A stretch of 64,000 bases of DNA from an uncultured delta proteobacterium (GCA_963808625.1 CAWEHK010000033.1:32001-96000); one strand, 5' to 3'; positions 10,880-21,482 are shown, counted from the stretch's first letter. The notes: generated by a model not told the origin, from the letters alone. A program made the numbers and translations.

Positions 10880-11403
10880 ATGAAAAGAAGAGATTTGGGA
10901 CAGGTGCTTTTGGCAACGGCAGTAGTGATACTCTTTTCCAGCACGGCAGCTTTCGCCGCCGGGACTGCGAAGATCGGAATTGTGGATGCCGTGGGGGCAT
11001 TACAGCAGTCGCAGTGGGGCAAAGCGGCGGCGGATGAGCTCAAAAAGATAGCGGAAAAGATGGACGGCGATCTCGACCAGAAGCAGAAAGCGTTCGCAGG
11101 AGCGAAAGAGGAGTTCGACAAGAAACAAGGGGTGCTTGACGCGAAAGCAAAACCAAAAAGGAGCAGGAGCTTCGGGACATGCAGCAGGAAGGGCAGAAGT
11201 ACCTGATGGATTCCAAGGGCAAGCTGAACGACCTGCAGGCGGCCCTGGCCAAAAAGGTCCATGATGTAGTCCAGAAGATCGGCAAAGACGAGAAGTACGA
11301 TTTGATTCTCGAAAAGACCAGCACCGTCTTTTTCAATGAAAAAGATGAGATAACGAAGCAGGTGGCGAAAGAATTGGACAAATTGCCACCGTTCAGGCCT
11401 TAG
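10880..11403 (+). CDS. skp: Skp/OmpH chaperone (frameshift near 11155)
   Basis: Signal peptide, KIGIVD, coiled coil, YDLILEK; position between bamA and lpxD. Confidence 0.88.
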
Positions 11404-11573
11404 TCGAGACCTTTACCGCTGATTCGCCGGCACACCCCCTGAGCAAAGTTCCCCTCTTGTTCCGGGGGGTGGCTTGTTCCTGAAAAGCCCCATCCGGAGA
11501 CAGCGTTGATGTGGCGCTCCGGCTGTATTGTGCGGAAGGTGAGTCTTATGAGGAGGGCGACCCAACAAGCACC

Positions 11574-12648
11574 ATGGCCATGAAAACATCTCAAGAGCAA
11601 AATTCGCCAAAATCCTTCTCACTGGAGGAGGTCGCCCATCTCACGGGGACAAGAATCAAGGGAAATCCGCAAATTCGCGTTTATGGTATTGGCTCGGTCG
11701 AGAATGCCACCCCTGATCAACTGAGCTTCATCAGCGATGAGCGCTACCTGCCTTTGATAGCCGACTGTCAAGCAGCAGTGCTGATTGTCCCGCCCGCTCT
11801 CGAATACCTCGATCGCCCATTGCTCATCTCCTCCCGGCCATACCTGGCCATGGCGCGCGCCGCACAGCTTTTTTCGAGCCCCCCTTATCTGCCGGCCGGC
11901 ATCCACGAGACCGCATCGATTGGTGAAGCGGCCCGTCTGGGAGACTGCGTGCGGGTCGGCCCCTTGGCCCAAATCGGTTGCCGCAGCCGGATCGGCGAGG
12001 GGACCAGGGTCTATGGCGGGGCCTACCTGGGGTGCGATGTTGAGGTCGGCGAGGATTGCCTCATCTATCCGGGCGTGACCATACTCGACCGGTTGCCGCA
12101 TTGGCAACCGAGTCATTATCCACAGTGGCACGGTCGTCGGCAGTGACGGTTTTGGCTTTGCTCAGGATGAAATGGGGCGCCACATCAAGATCCCGCAAAC
12201 CGGCATCGTCCAGATCGACGACGATGTGGAGATTGGGGCCAACTGCACCATCGATCGCGCAGCCTTCGGACGAACCTGGATCCAGCGCGGGACAAAAATC
12301 GACAATTTGGTCCAGATAGCCCACAATGTAGTCATCGGGGAGCATTCCATCCTCATTGCTCAGGTAGGGGTTTCCGGCAGCACGCGCCTCGGCAAACACG
12401 TTGTTCTCGCGGGGCAGGTGGGAGTGGTGGGGCACATCGAAATCGGGGATGGCGTGCGGGTTGGAGCGCAGTCCGGTGTGGGTCGGTCGGTTAAGGCGGG
12501 AGAGGATGTGTCGGGCAGTCCCGTAATGCCCCACAAGGAATGGCTTAAAATGACTGTCAATGTCAAGCGTCTGCCCCAACTTAAGGCGGAGCTCAGACAA
12601 CTCAAAACGAAGGTCCGGGAGCTTGAGAAAGCCATACACGGGGAATAG
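11574..12648 (+). CDS. lpxD: UDP-3-O-acylglucosamine N-acyltransferase (frameshift near 12095)
   Basis: Hexapeptide repeats, [25 protein letters not shown]. Confidence 0.94.
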
Positions 12649-12650
12649 CT

Positions 12651-13101
12651 ATGGAAAAGGACATCCTTGAGATCCTGAAGATGATGCCCCACCGATATCC
12701 GTTTCTTCTATTGGACCGAATTTTGGTCTTTAGTGAGGACGAAATCGTGGGCCTTAAGAATGTAACCATCAACGAGCCCTTTTTTCAGGGCCATTTTCCA
12801 ACTCACCCGGTTATGCCCGGTGTCCTTATCATCGAAGCCCTGGCACAGGCAGGTGGGCTCTGGGCGTTTTCCCATGCTCCCAAGAAGGAACGATCGGCGG
12901 TCTATTTGATGGGGCTGGACAAGGTGCGCTTTCGCAAGCCCGTGCGGCCGGGTGATCAGTTGATTCTGAAGCTCAGACTCATCAAACAAAGAGGTGCGGT
13001 GTTCAAAATGAAAGGGGAGGCCTTTGTCGACTGATCAGTTGGTGGCGGAGGCCGAGATTTTGGCGACTCTGGATCCCGGAAAGTCGGAGATGGATGCTTG
13101 A
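12651..13101 (+). CDS. fabZ: 3-hydroxyacyl-ACP dehydratase (frameshift near 13030)
   Basis: PHRYPFLLLD, EPFFQGHFP, MPGVLIIEALAQ. Confidence 0.95.
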
Positions 13102-13128
13102 TTCGGTAGGAAGGAGATAGGCCCTCAT

Positions 13129-13905
13129 ATGGAGATTCATGCTACTGCGGTGGTGTCGCCCCGGGCGGAACTGGCTGAAGATGTGAAAATTGAAGCGTTT
13201 TCGATCATCGGCCCTCAAGTTACCATCGGGTCCGGTACGGTCGTCGGACCACATGCCATGATTGACGGCTGGACGACGATTGGTGAGCGCAACCGGATTT
13301 TCCCGTTTTCAACGATTGGCTATCCACCCCAGGACTTGAGCTACCGAGGAGAAGAGACCCAGCTGGTGATCGGGAACGATAACATCATCCGAGAGAATGT
13401 TACCATCAATCGCGGTACCCAGGGCGGCGGCGGCGTCACCCGAGTCGGCAACCGCAACTTGCTCATGGCCTATGCCCACGTTGCTCACGACTGCAATATC
13501 GGCAACTACGTCATCCTGGCAAATGCTACGACTCTGGGTGGACATGTGCGCATTGATGATTACGCCATCTTGGGGGGGTTGGTGGCCATCCACCAGTTTA
13601 TCCGCATCGGCGCTTATGCTTTTATCGGTGGAAAATCCGGACTGCGGATGGATATGCCGCCCTACATGCTTGCTTTCGGGGCCCCGGCCAAACTTTACGG
13701 TCCCAATTTAGTCGGGTTGAGGCGACACGGTTTCCCAAGAACCACGATCCAAGCACTGAAGAGCAGTTATCGGATCATGTTTCGCTCCGGGCTGACGATT
13801 GCCGACGCGATCAACGCCATCCGCCAGGAGGTTGACAGCATTCCGGAGGTGGAAAACCTCATAGCGTTCATGCAGGGTCGTTCAAAACGAGGGGTCACCA
13901 GGTAA
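13129..13905 (+). CDS. lpxA: acyl-ACP--UDP-GlcNAc acyltransferase
   Basis: IHATAVV, PQDLSY, HVAHDC, HQF, NLVGLRR. Confidence 0.96.
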   Translation: MEIHATAVVSPRAELAEDVKIEAFSIIGPQVTIGSGTVVGPHAMIDGWTTIGERNRIFPFSTIGYPPQDLSYRGEETQLVIGNDNIIRENVTINRGTQGGGGVTRVGNRNLLMAYAHVAHDCNIGNYVILANATTLGGHVRIDDYAILGGLVAIHQFIRIGAYAFIGGKSGLRMDMPPYMLAFGAPAKLYGPNLVGLRRHGFPRTTIQALKSSYRIMFRSGLTIADAINAIRQEVDSIPEVENLIAFMQGRSKRGVTR

Positions 13906-13924
13906 TACGGACAGGTAGTGTTGA

Positions 13925-15874
13925 ATGGACGACGCCTTTGTGAATCCTCAGAAGGATCTTCAAAAAATTGGCTTGATTGCAGGGAGCGGACAATTTCCGC
14001 TCCTTTTTGCTCATGCCGCCGCGGAATCCGGTCTCCAGGTTGTGGCCGTGGGCTTTCAGGGCGAGACCGATGTTGCCCTTGCAGAACACGTCGAAGAATT
14101 CCATCTGCTCAAACTGGGCCAGCTCAATCGGCTGATTCGCGCCTTCCAGAAGGCGGGTATAACCCGAGCTGCAATGGCCGGGGCCATCAACAAAACCAGG
14201 ATCTACGCCCGCATTCGTCCGGACTGGCGTGCCGTCAAACTCCTGAACAAACTCAGAAATAAGAAAGATGACTTCCTCCTCAGGGCTATTGCACAGGAAC
14301 TGGAGGCGGATGGAATCCGGATCGAAGCATCCACCATCCTGCTCCCGACGCTTCTTGCACCCGAGGGTATCCTGACGCGCCGCAAGCCGAACCGGCGGGA
14401 AGAACAGGACATGGCCTTTGGCTGGAGGTTGGCGAAAGGGATGGGGCATTTGGACGTCGGCCAGTGCCTCGTGGTCAAGAACCAGTCGGTCCTGGCCGTA
14501 GAGGGCATCGATGGCACCGATGCCACAATCGTTCGCGGCGGGGACCTCTGCCGTGAGGGCGCGGTGGTCATTAAGGTGAGCAAGCCTCGACAGGATCTAA
14601 GGTTTGACGTTCCGGCCGTAGGGCTTGAAACCGTAGCCACAATGAAGCGGGTGAATGCCAAAGTGCTGGTGATTGAGGCCGGGAAAACCATAATCTTCGA
14701 CCAGGAGAGAATGATTGATGCTGCCGATACCGCGGGAATCAGCGTCGTGGTCCAAAAGGATCTGACGGAATATGGTCCGGAGCGTTTGAATCTCACCGAA
14801 GGCGGGGGTCCAGACTTTGACTCCCTGCTGTTGCCGCCATCCCGTCCCGCCCCTGCGCCGCCAAGCATCCTGTTGCGAAAAAGCAGGTCTGATGCTGTGC
14901 GGGTTGGCGTGGTGGGAGTCGGCTACCTCGGGGGGTTTCATGCACAGAAGTACGCGCGGCTGCCGGAAGCCGGCCTTATTGCCGTTGCCGACCCCGATGA
15001 AGGCCGTGCAAGAGCGGTTGCCGCTCAGCTTGAAACCGAATTCACGGTGAATTATCGGGAACTCATCGGACGGGTGGAGGCGGTCAGCATTGCCGCGCCG
15101 ACCCCACTGCACCACCCCATCGCCAGAGACTTTCTCGAGGCCGGTGTTCATGTGCTGTTGGAAAAGCCCATGACGCAAACCGTTGCCGAGGCAGATGACC
15201 TGATTGCCCTGGCTGCGCGCAACGGCTGCATCCTCCAGATCGGCCACCTCGAACGCTTCAATTCCGCCTTCAGCGCCATCCATCCACATCTCAGGAATCC
15301 AATGTTTGTGGAAGCCGACCGCCTTGCGCTCTTTAACGAGCGGGGGTTGGATGTTGATGTCGTGCTGGATCTCATGATTCACGATATCGATATTGTCATG
15401 CATATCATTGATTCACCCCTGAAAGAACTTCGTGCATCCGGGGTGGCCGTGCTGACGGCTTTGCCCGACATCGCCAGTGTTCGGATGGAGTTTGCGAACG
15501 GGGCCGTCGCAAACCTCACTGCCAGCCGTATTTCCACCAAAAACATGCGGAAACTTCGCGTGTTTCAGGGAAATTCATATCTCGTCGCGGACTTCGCCGA
15601 ACGTCGGGCCTATGCCGTGTACCGAGAGGAAGAGCCCGATGAAGACGGATATCCTCAGGTCTCGATGGAAGACATGGAAATCGAGGAGCACGACGCGCTG
15701 GAGGATGAGATCTTCGCTTTTCTCAAGGCAATCAGAAGCGGCGGGGACCCCGCGGTGGGCGGCAGAGAAGGCAAGCGCGCACTGAGCGTTGCCTTGGAGA
15801 TATCATCCCAAATCGAGCAACAGATGCGGACGGGATGGCAGGACTCAGGAGGCGGGTCATCAAAGTTTTTCTGA
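13925..15874 (+). CDS. lpxI: fusion of LpxI (UDP-2,3-diacylglucosamine diphosphatase) and a Gfo/Idh/MocA oxidoreductase (GnnA-like)
   Basis: N-half GLIAGSGQFP, DVGQ, AVEGIDGTD, QDLRFDVPAVG; C-half VGVVGVGYLG, EKP, GHLERFN, DLMIHDID; Pro-rich linker. Confidence 0.9.
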   Translation: MDDAFVNPQKDLQKIGLIAGSGQFPLLFAHAAAESGLQVVAVGFQGETDVALAEHVEEFHLLKLGQLNRLIRAFQKAGITRAAMAGAINKTRIYARIRPDWRAVKLLNKLRNKKDDFLLRAIAQELEADGIRIEASTILLPTLLAPEGILTRRKPNRREEQDMAFGWRLAKGMGHLDVGQCLVVKNQSVLAVEGIDGTDATIVRGGDLCREGAVVIKVSKPRQDLRFDVPAVGLETVATMKRVNAKVLVIEAGKTIIFDQERMIDAADTAGISVVVQKDLTEYGPERLNLTEGGGPDFDSLLLPPSRPAPAPPSILLRKSRSDAVRVGVVGVGYLGGFHAQKYARLPEAGLIAVADPDEGRARAVAAQLETEFTVNYRELIGRVEAVSIAAPTPLHHPIARDFLEAGVHVLLEKPMTQTVAEADDLIALAARNGCILQIGHLERFNSAFSAIHPHLRNPMFVEADRLALFNERGLDVDVVLDLMIHDIDIVMHIIDSPLKELRASGVAVLTALPDIASVRMEFANGAVANLTASRISTKNMRKLRVFQGNSYLVADFAERRAYAVYREEEPDEDGYPQVSMEDMEIEEHDALEDEIFAFLKAIRSGGDPAVGGREGKRALSVALEISSQIEQQMRTGWQDSGGGSSKFF

Positions 15875-16980
15875 GCGCCGGAGAGGCTTCGGGCGATTTG
15901 CACGGCTCCTATCTGGTGCGAGCCCTTAAGGCCCGTGCTCCCGGCATCCAGATCACGTGTATGGGAGGACCTCTTCTCCAAAACGCAGGGGCTGAGGTCC
16001 TGGTGGACCATCGGCGGCTGTCGGTGGTGGGCGTCTCTGAGGTTGCAGGCCACCTCAAAGTGCTCTATGGAGCGTGGCGAACCATCACCACTCATCTTCG
16101 CAGAAACCTTCCTGATAGGGTTATCCTTATAGACTTTCCGGACTTTAATTTCCTCCTTGCCCGGGCCGCCAAGCGCCTCGGAATCAGAGTGTTTTACTAT
16201 ATCAGCCCGCAGGTGTGGGCGTGGAGGAGCGGCAGGGTGCGGACCATCAGACGGCTCGTTGATCGGATGGCAGTGATTTTACCCTTCGAGACCGAATTCT
16301 ATGCTCAATTCAACATGAAAGTGGACTTTGTGGGGCACCCCCTCCTGGATGTTCTGCCGGCTCCACCGCTTCCTGAGCAGGCAAGAGCACGACACCGGTG
16401 GCCAGGTTCAGGACCGCTCATTGGACTTCTGCCGGGCAGTCGCCGGAGCGAAATTCGATCGCTCCTTCCCATTTTTCTGGATGCGGCTGAGATCATCAAA
16501 GATCGTTTGCCTGACGCTTCCTTTATCATTCCTGTTGCCTCTTCTCTTCATCCCTCTTTGTTCGAGGCTGACGTATCGGAGCACGGACTCCCGGTGCGCC
16601 TGGCGACCGGCGACACCTACGGCGTCATGCGCGCCTGTGACCTTCTGCTGACGGTCTCCGGTACGGCAACCTTGGAAGCCGCCATCCTGGGCTCTCCGAT
16701 GATCATTGTTAACAGAGTCTCCAATCTGAGTTATCATCTGGGTCGACACCTGATCCGGGTGAGCTTCATCGGCCTTCCCAATTTGATCGCCGGCCGGCAG
16801 ATTGTGCCCGAATTTATTCAAAGTGATGCCCGACCGGAGCTTATTGCGGCGTCGGCACTGAGCCTGCTGGAGCATCCGGAGCGGCTAAAAGAGCAGCGGC
16901 AAGAACTCGGGTTGATCAGAAACAAGTTGGGAGAGGCCGGGGTGGCGGATCGGGTCGCTGAGCTTGCGCTCCAAAATTAA
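15835..16980 (+). CDS. lpxB: lipid-A-disaccharide synthase
   Basis: AGEASGD, IDFPDFN, SPQVWAWR, LLPGSR, SGTATLE; exact start uncertain. Confidence 0.96.
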   Translation: MAGLRRRVIKVFLSAGEASGDLHGSYLVRALKARAPGIQITCMGGPLLQNAGAEVLVDHRRLSVVGVSEVAGHLKVLYGAWRTITTHLRRNLPDRVILIDFPDFNFLLARAAKRLGIRVFYYISPQVWAWRSGRVRTIRRLVDRMAVILPFETEFYAQFNMKVDFVGHPLLDVLPAPPLPEQARARHRWPGSGPLIGLLPGSRRSEIRSLLPIFLDAAEIIKDRLPDASFIIPVASSLHPSLFEADVSEHGLPVRLATGDTYGVMRACDLLLTVSGTATLEAAILGSPMIIVNRVSNLSYHLGRHLIRVSFIGLPNLIAGRQIVPEFIQSDARPELIAASALSLLEHPERLKEQRQELGLIRNKLGEAGVADRVAELALQN

Positions 16981-16988
16981 GTGTTCTG

Positions 16989-17570
16989 ATGAAGGAGAGG
17001 ACTCCTATGAACGCCTATGCCGATTTTTTGGTGCGAGAAAATTGCATCATGCTGCTTGTGGATATTCAAAAAGTCATGCTCGATCCTTGTGTGGATCATA
17101 ATCTGGTAACCAAAAACGCTGCCGCGCTACTCGATATCGCCGGAATTCTTGAAGTCCCGATCATGTTTTCGGTTCACAACACAGAGAAGTTGGGTGGTTT
17201 TTTGCCGGAACTGTTGCAGAGAGTCTCTCTGCCGGCAATTTACCCCAAGCTGGAGTTCAGCTGTCTGGAAAATGAGGGTATCTTCCGCGCGCTGCAGCAG
17301 TCCGGGCGCCGAACCCTGCTGCTGGTCGGCTTGGAAACGCATGTGTGTATCTTTCATACCGGCGCCCATGCCTTGCGCTTGGGCTATCGCGTACATGTTG
17401 CCGCCGACGCTGTGACTTCCAGGAGCAAGATCAACCGGGAGGTCGGTTTGCGGCGTCTGGAAAGGGCTGGAGCGGTGATCAGTTCCACGGAAATGATCAT
17501 TTTCGAGCTCCTCAATCGGGCGGGAACGCCGGAATTTCGTGCCGCTTTGCCTTTGCTCAAAACGCTCTAA
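16989..17570 (+). CDS. isochorismatase-family cysteine hydrolase
   Basis: LLVDIQ, KLEFSC, GLETHVC, STEMIIFELL. Confidence 0.9.
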   Translation: MKERTPMNAYADFLVRENCIMLLVDIQKVMLDPCVDHNLVTKNAAALLDIAGILEVPIMFSVHNTEKLGGFLPELLQRVSLPAIYPKLEFSCLENEGIFRALQQSGRRTLLLVGLETHVCIFHTGAHALRLGYRVHVAADAVTSRSKINREVGLRRLERAGAVISSTEMIIFELLNRAGTPEFRAALPLLKTL

Positions 17571-17581
17571 CGAGGGGCAGA

Positions 17582-18433
17582 TCAGGGTTTTGCCAGGCAT
17601 TGGCGGACACTCGTCATCGGAAATCGCCTGCCCGGGCAATCCGTGGCTGCCCCCGGTGCATCACGGTGGCCGATGATGTGGGTAACTGGAATATGGTAAT
17701 AATCACATAGGGTTTTCAGGAGATAGTTCAGCGACTGAAGCTGACTGGCCGTGGGAGGTTCGGAATTGAAGTTCCCGACAAGGCCGATTCCGATTCCCTT
17801 CTCGTTCATTCCCGCCACATTGCAGTGCGCGCCGCCCTGTTGTTTGATCCAGCGGGGCGCCACTTCAATTTGACCGTCACCTTTCCCCAAGGTCCCATTA
17901 TCGATCAGGAAATGGTACCCCAACCCATTCCAGAAACCTCGGTCCTGATGCGAACGGTTGATGAGATAAGCCTTGCCGACATCGGTAGCGGTGTGGTGAA
18001 TGACGACATATTTCCACCGCGAGCTGGGGTAAAGCGCGATAACATTGCGAAGAGCTTTGGCATTTGGAATGACGAGCTTTTGGCCCTGGTGTATGGGATT
18101 GCCGGGTTTTAGAGAATTCGCCGTATAGATCGCCTCCGGGGAGACATCGTACATTCTGGAGATTCTCCAAACGGTTTCGAGCGGAGCCACTTCATGGATG
18201 ATGGTTTGGGTGGTCCCCGGGTCAACAAAGCATTTTTCTACAACCTTTGGGCCCACGTCAGAGGACTGAGAGGGTTTGGTGGGAGGCGGGAGGGAGCCGG
18301 TGGAAGAGGCGGACCCTCCGGGCGGCAATGTGGCAACCTTGTGGGTGCAGCCGGCTGGAACCAACATAATGAAGAAAACCAGCACGAAACTGACGGTCCC
18401 CCGGGAACAGAAGGAAAAGAAAGTCTTCATCAT
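17582..18433 (-). CDS. lipoprotein with LysM and N-acetylmuramoyl-L-alanine amidase (Amidase_2) domains
   Basis: Lipobox PAGC, HEVAPLETVWRISRMY LysM, VVIHHTA, GYHFLI, GAHC, GHRD..TDCPG. Confidence 0.9.
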   Translation of the reverse strand: MMKTFFSFCSRGTVSFVLVFFIMLVPAGCTHKVATLPPGGSASSTGSLPPPTKPSQSSDVGPKVVEKCFVDPGTTQTIIHEVAPLETVWRISRMYDVSPEAIYTANSLKPGNPIHQGQKLVIPNAKALRNVIALYPSSRWKYVVIHHTATDVGKAYLINRSHQDRGFWNGLGYHFLIDNGTLGKGDGQIEVAPRWIKQQGGAHCNVAGMNEKGIGIGLVGNFNSEPPTASQLQSLNYLLKTLCDYYHIPVTHIIGHRDAPGAATDCPGRRFPMTSVRQCLAKP

Positions 18434-18555
18434 AATGGTCTCTCTAGCGGGCCATTGCCGTGAAGCATCTTAGGATAAAGCCAAGGTGCACCTACGTTCT
18501 TTCATCTTAAAGATGTTTTGCGTGTTTTCAAGTGTCAATTTCGATGGAAATCTTC

Positions 18556-18585
18556 TTGACAATCCCTTTTCTTTTTAGTTAGTCT
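18556..18585 (+). promoter_or_regulatory. sigma70-type promoter of the leader-aroF-tyrA unit
   Basis: TTGACA-N18-TAGTCT about 30 nt upstream of the leader ORF. Confidence 0.6.
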
Positions 18586-18615
18586 TCCGACCGAAACTGA
18601 AACCGAGGAGAGGTG

Positions 18616-18681
18616 ATGTTTACCAAGTATTACCGCTATTATTATTGCAGCGAAATTCCGGGGAGCGCTGGGGATATGTAA
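18616..18681 (+). CDS. Tyr-rich leader peptide MFTKYYRYYYCSEIPGSAGDM
   Basis: GAGGAGAGG RBS; 5 Tyr in 6 codons; upstream of DAHP synthase and prephenate dehydrogenase. Confidence 0.85.
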   Translation: MFTKYYRYYYCSEIPGSAGDM

Positions 18682-18713
18682 GGCTGCCGATTTATTTTAA
18701 GTGAGTGCATCGA

Positions 18714-18755
18714 AGCCGTGGGTGTCCCGGAGTGATCCCGCGGCTCTTTTGTTTT
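18714..18755 (+). terminator. attenuator terminator 1
   Basis: AGCCGTGGG...CCCGCGGCT stem followed by CTTTTGTTTT. Confidence 0.75.
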
Positions 18756-18776
18756 CAGATTCAATGAAAGAATTCG

Positions 18777-18813
18777 GGCCGTGGGAATCAAATTCCCAAT
18801 GGCCTTTTTTCTT
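18777..18813 (+). terminator. attenuator terminator 2
   Basis: GGCCGTGGGAAT-caa-ATTCCCAATGGCC followed by TTTTTTCTT. Confidence 0.8.
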
Positions 18814-18873
18814 GGCACAGAGCGTCCTGTCGAAGAGATGCCCTGGCCCTTCTTTCAAGGAGGTAAAACGTTC

Positions 18874-19888
18874 ATGATTATTGTATTGAAACCCGGACAC
18901 GAGGATGAGGATCTGCATCGGCTGGTAAGGCGCCTTGAAGACCTTGGCTTCCGAGCCCATATCTCAAAAGGCGAGCATCGGACCATCGTAGGGGCCATCG
19001 GGGATGAGCGCTCTTTACGAGAGGTTCCCCTGGAATCAATGCCGGGGGTGGAATCGGTATTGCCCATCCTTAAGCCTTACAAGCTGGTCAGCAGGGAATT
19101 CAAACCAGAAGACACCGTCATCAAAGTAGACGGACAGGAAATCGGAGGCCAAAAGATCCAGATTTTTGCAGGACCTTGTGCGGTTGAAAGCTCGGGAGGT
19201 TCTGGAGGAGATTGCTGAAGCCCTGCTCCCTTCGGGGGTTCATTTTCTCCGCGGCGGGGCGTTCAAACCTCGAACTTCGCCATACGCTTTTCAAGGCTGG
19301 GGTGAAAAGGGCCTTAAGTTTCTGGATGCGGTTCGGGAACGAACCGGAATGCTGGTTGTGACGGAGCTCATGGACCCCAGAGACACCGTCCTGGTGTGCA
19401 GATACGCGGATATCATCCAGATCGGCACCAGAAATATGCAGAATTTCAGGCTGTTGACGGAAGTGGGAAATATTGAGAAGCCGGTTATCCTGAAGCGTGG
19501 TATGAGCGCAACCATTAAGGAATTTTTGATGTCGGCCGAATACATTTTGGCACAGGGGAACGAGAGAGTCATCCTCTGTGAGCGGGGAATTCGGACCTTT
19601 GAAACCGAAACTCGCAACACTCTTGACATCAGCGCCGTTCCTTTGCTGAAACAGTTGACGCATCTGCCGGTGATCGTTGATCCAAGCCATGCAGTCGGTC
19701 GGGCGGATCTCGTTCCGGCAGTTTCCAAAGCGGCCATTGCAGCCGGAGCCGACGGCTTGCTTATAGAAGTGCACGTCAGGCCGGAGGAAGCATTCAGCGA
19801 CGGCCCTCAGTCGTTGCGGCCTCGGGCTTTTGACAAGATGATCGAGGAATGCCGCCTTGTGGCGACGGCGGTGGGGCGGACCCTTTAG
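18874..19888 (+). CDS. aroF: DAHP synthase type I-beta with N-terminal regulatory domain (frameshift near 19190)
   Basis: [49 protein letters not shown]. Confidence 0.94.
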
Positions 19889-20001
19889 CCGACTGTTGAA
19901 AAACCGTCTCACAGCGATTATTGGATAACGAAGCCGATAGTGAGCCGGTTATTCGGGTAGACTTTTTCTCCAATCGTTCGCGGTTTTTAGAAGGACCCCT
20001 C

Positions 20002-21067
20002 ATGGATGCCCAACAGCACCCCCCTCATTTTCGGCCTGACCAGGAAGAAGGCGAACTGCTGCGCTGGGGACGCGGAAGAACGATCGGGATTATCGGTGGT
20101 AATGGCCAGATGGGCCAATTGTTCGGTCGTTTCTTTGAGACCCAAGGATATCAGGTGTTCGTCTCCGACCGTGACCCGGGTCATGACAACAAAGAGATCA
20201 TGCGAATATCCGATATGGTCCTTTTTGCGGTGCCGCTTCACGAGACGGTGAACATCATCCGGGAGCTTGTTGTGCATGCTCGCCCCGAGCAGCTGCTTAT
20301 GGATTTGAGCAGCCTGAAGGTCGGTCCTGTGCAGGCAATGTTGCGCTCTCCTTCATCCGTTGTAGGACTGCATCCCATGTTTGGGGGAAACATTTCGTCC
20401 TTTGCCGGGCAAACCATCGTAGCCTGCCCGGTGCGCATTGATCCCTTTCGAATGGCGCTGTCTGCGGCAGACTGTTTGAAAATCAGGGGATCCGGGTTAA
20501 GGAATGCAGCCCGGAAAAACACGATTACATGATGAGTATTATCCAGGTGCTGTTTCATGTGACCACCATGCTGACCGGTCAGGGTCTTGCGGGACCTGGA
20601 AGTAGATGTTGGCCGAAACCATGGAATTTACAAGCCCCAGCTACCGGCTGGAGATGAATCTCCTCGGCCGAATGTTTGCTCAAAACCCTGCCCTCTACTC
20701 TGCGATTACCCAAATGAATCCCGTTCACCCGGGAGGTTCTCGACCATCTTGAAGCGGGTCTGAAGGTTACAAGGAATGGTATGGCGCTGCCGATTTCCCG
20801 GCATTTGTGGATGACTTCAAAAGGAGTGCCGAACATCTGGGGGATTTTTGTGAATCGGCATTCGAGGAGAGCTCTGCACTCCTGGACTTTGCCGTCAATT
20901 TGGCCCGATCCAGAAAAGAGCGACCGAGCAACCGCCGGAAAAGGGCAGGGGGGTTAAGATTTTCTCACTCTTTTCAGCGACAACAAATCTTTCCAGACAA
21001 ACTCTTAGGCAGTCCTCACAATTGGAGGTCTGAGAACCCTTTTGGCAATATCGGGCAAAGGCGCTGA
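20002..21067 (+). CDS. tyrA: prephenate dehydrogenase (several frameshifts; 3' end uncertain, about 20960-21067)
   Basis: GIIGGNGQMG, DLSSLK, GLHPMFG, HDYMMSIIQ after frameshift. Confidence 0.85.
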
Positions 21068-21482
21068 ACCAGTCCAAGCCCGTACGGGGACACATCTTGA
21101 TGAATTCGAGAAAACGAACCAGACGATCGACGGCCATGGGGTCAATCGCGTGTTCAACACGGCAGGCATTGGCCTCAGCCTCTGGAGGATCCAGTTGCAG
21201 TGCCGAGATGAAGAATTCTTTGAGGGTTTCGTGGCGGCGGATGATATCCTGAGCAACCGTGCGCCCGGCGGAAGTCAAAGTGATGTAGCTATACGGACTG
21301 TAATTGATCAGCCCGCGACCCGCCAAGGCCTTGAGCGCCCCCGTTACCGAAGCGCGTTGAACACTCATCTGGTCGGCAATGTCTTTGGCGCGTGCCACGC
21401 GGTTAGACCGCTCCAGATGGTAGATGACCTCAAGATAATCTTCCAAGCTGGCAGAAAGCCCTTCCGGGAGATCCTGGATCAT
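20895..21482 (-). CDS. DtxR/MntR-family metal-dependent repressor with Cys-rich tail
   Basis: LSASLEDYLE, ASVTGAL, RRHETL, ACRVEH. Confidence 0.92.
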   Translation of the reverse strand: MIQDLPEGLSASLEDYLEVIYHLERSNRVARAKDIADQMSVQRASVTGALKALAGRGLINYSPYSYITLTSAGRTVAQDIIRRHETLKEFFISALQLDPPEAEANACRVEHAIDPMAVDRLVRFLEFIKMCPRTGLDWFSAFARYCQKGSQTSNCEDCLRVCLERFVVAEKSEKILTPLPFSGGCSVALFWIGPN

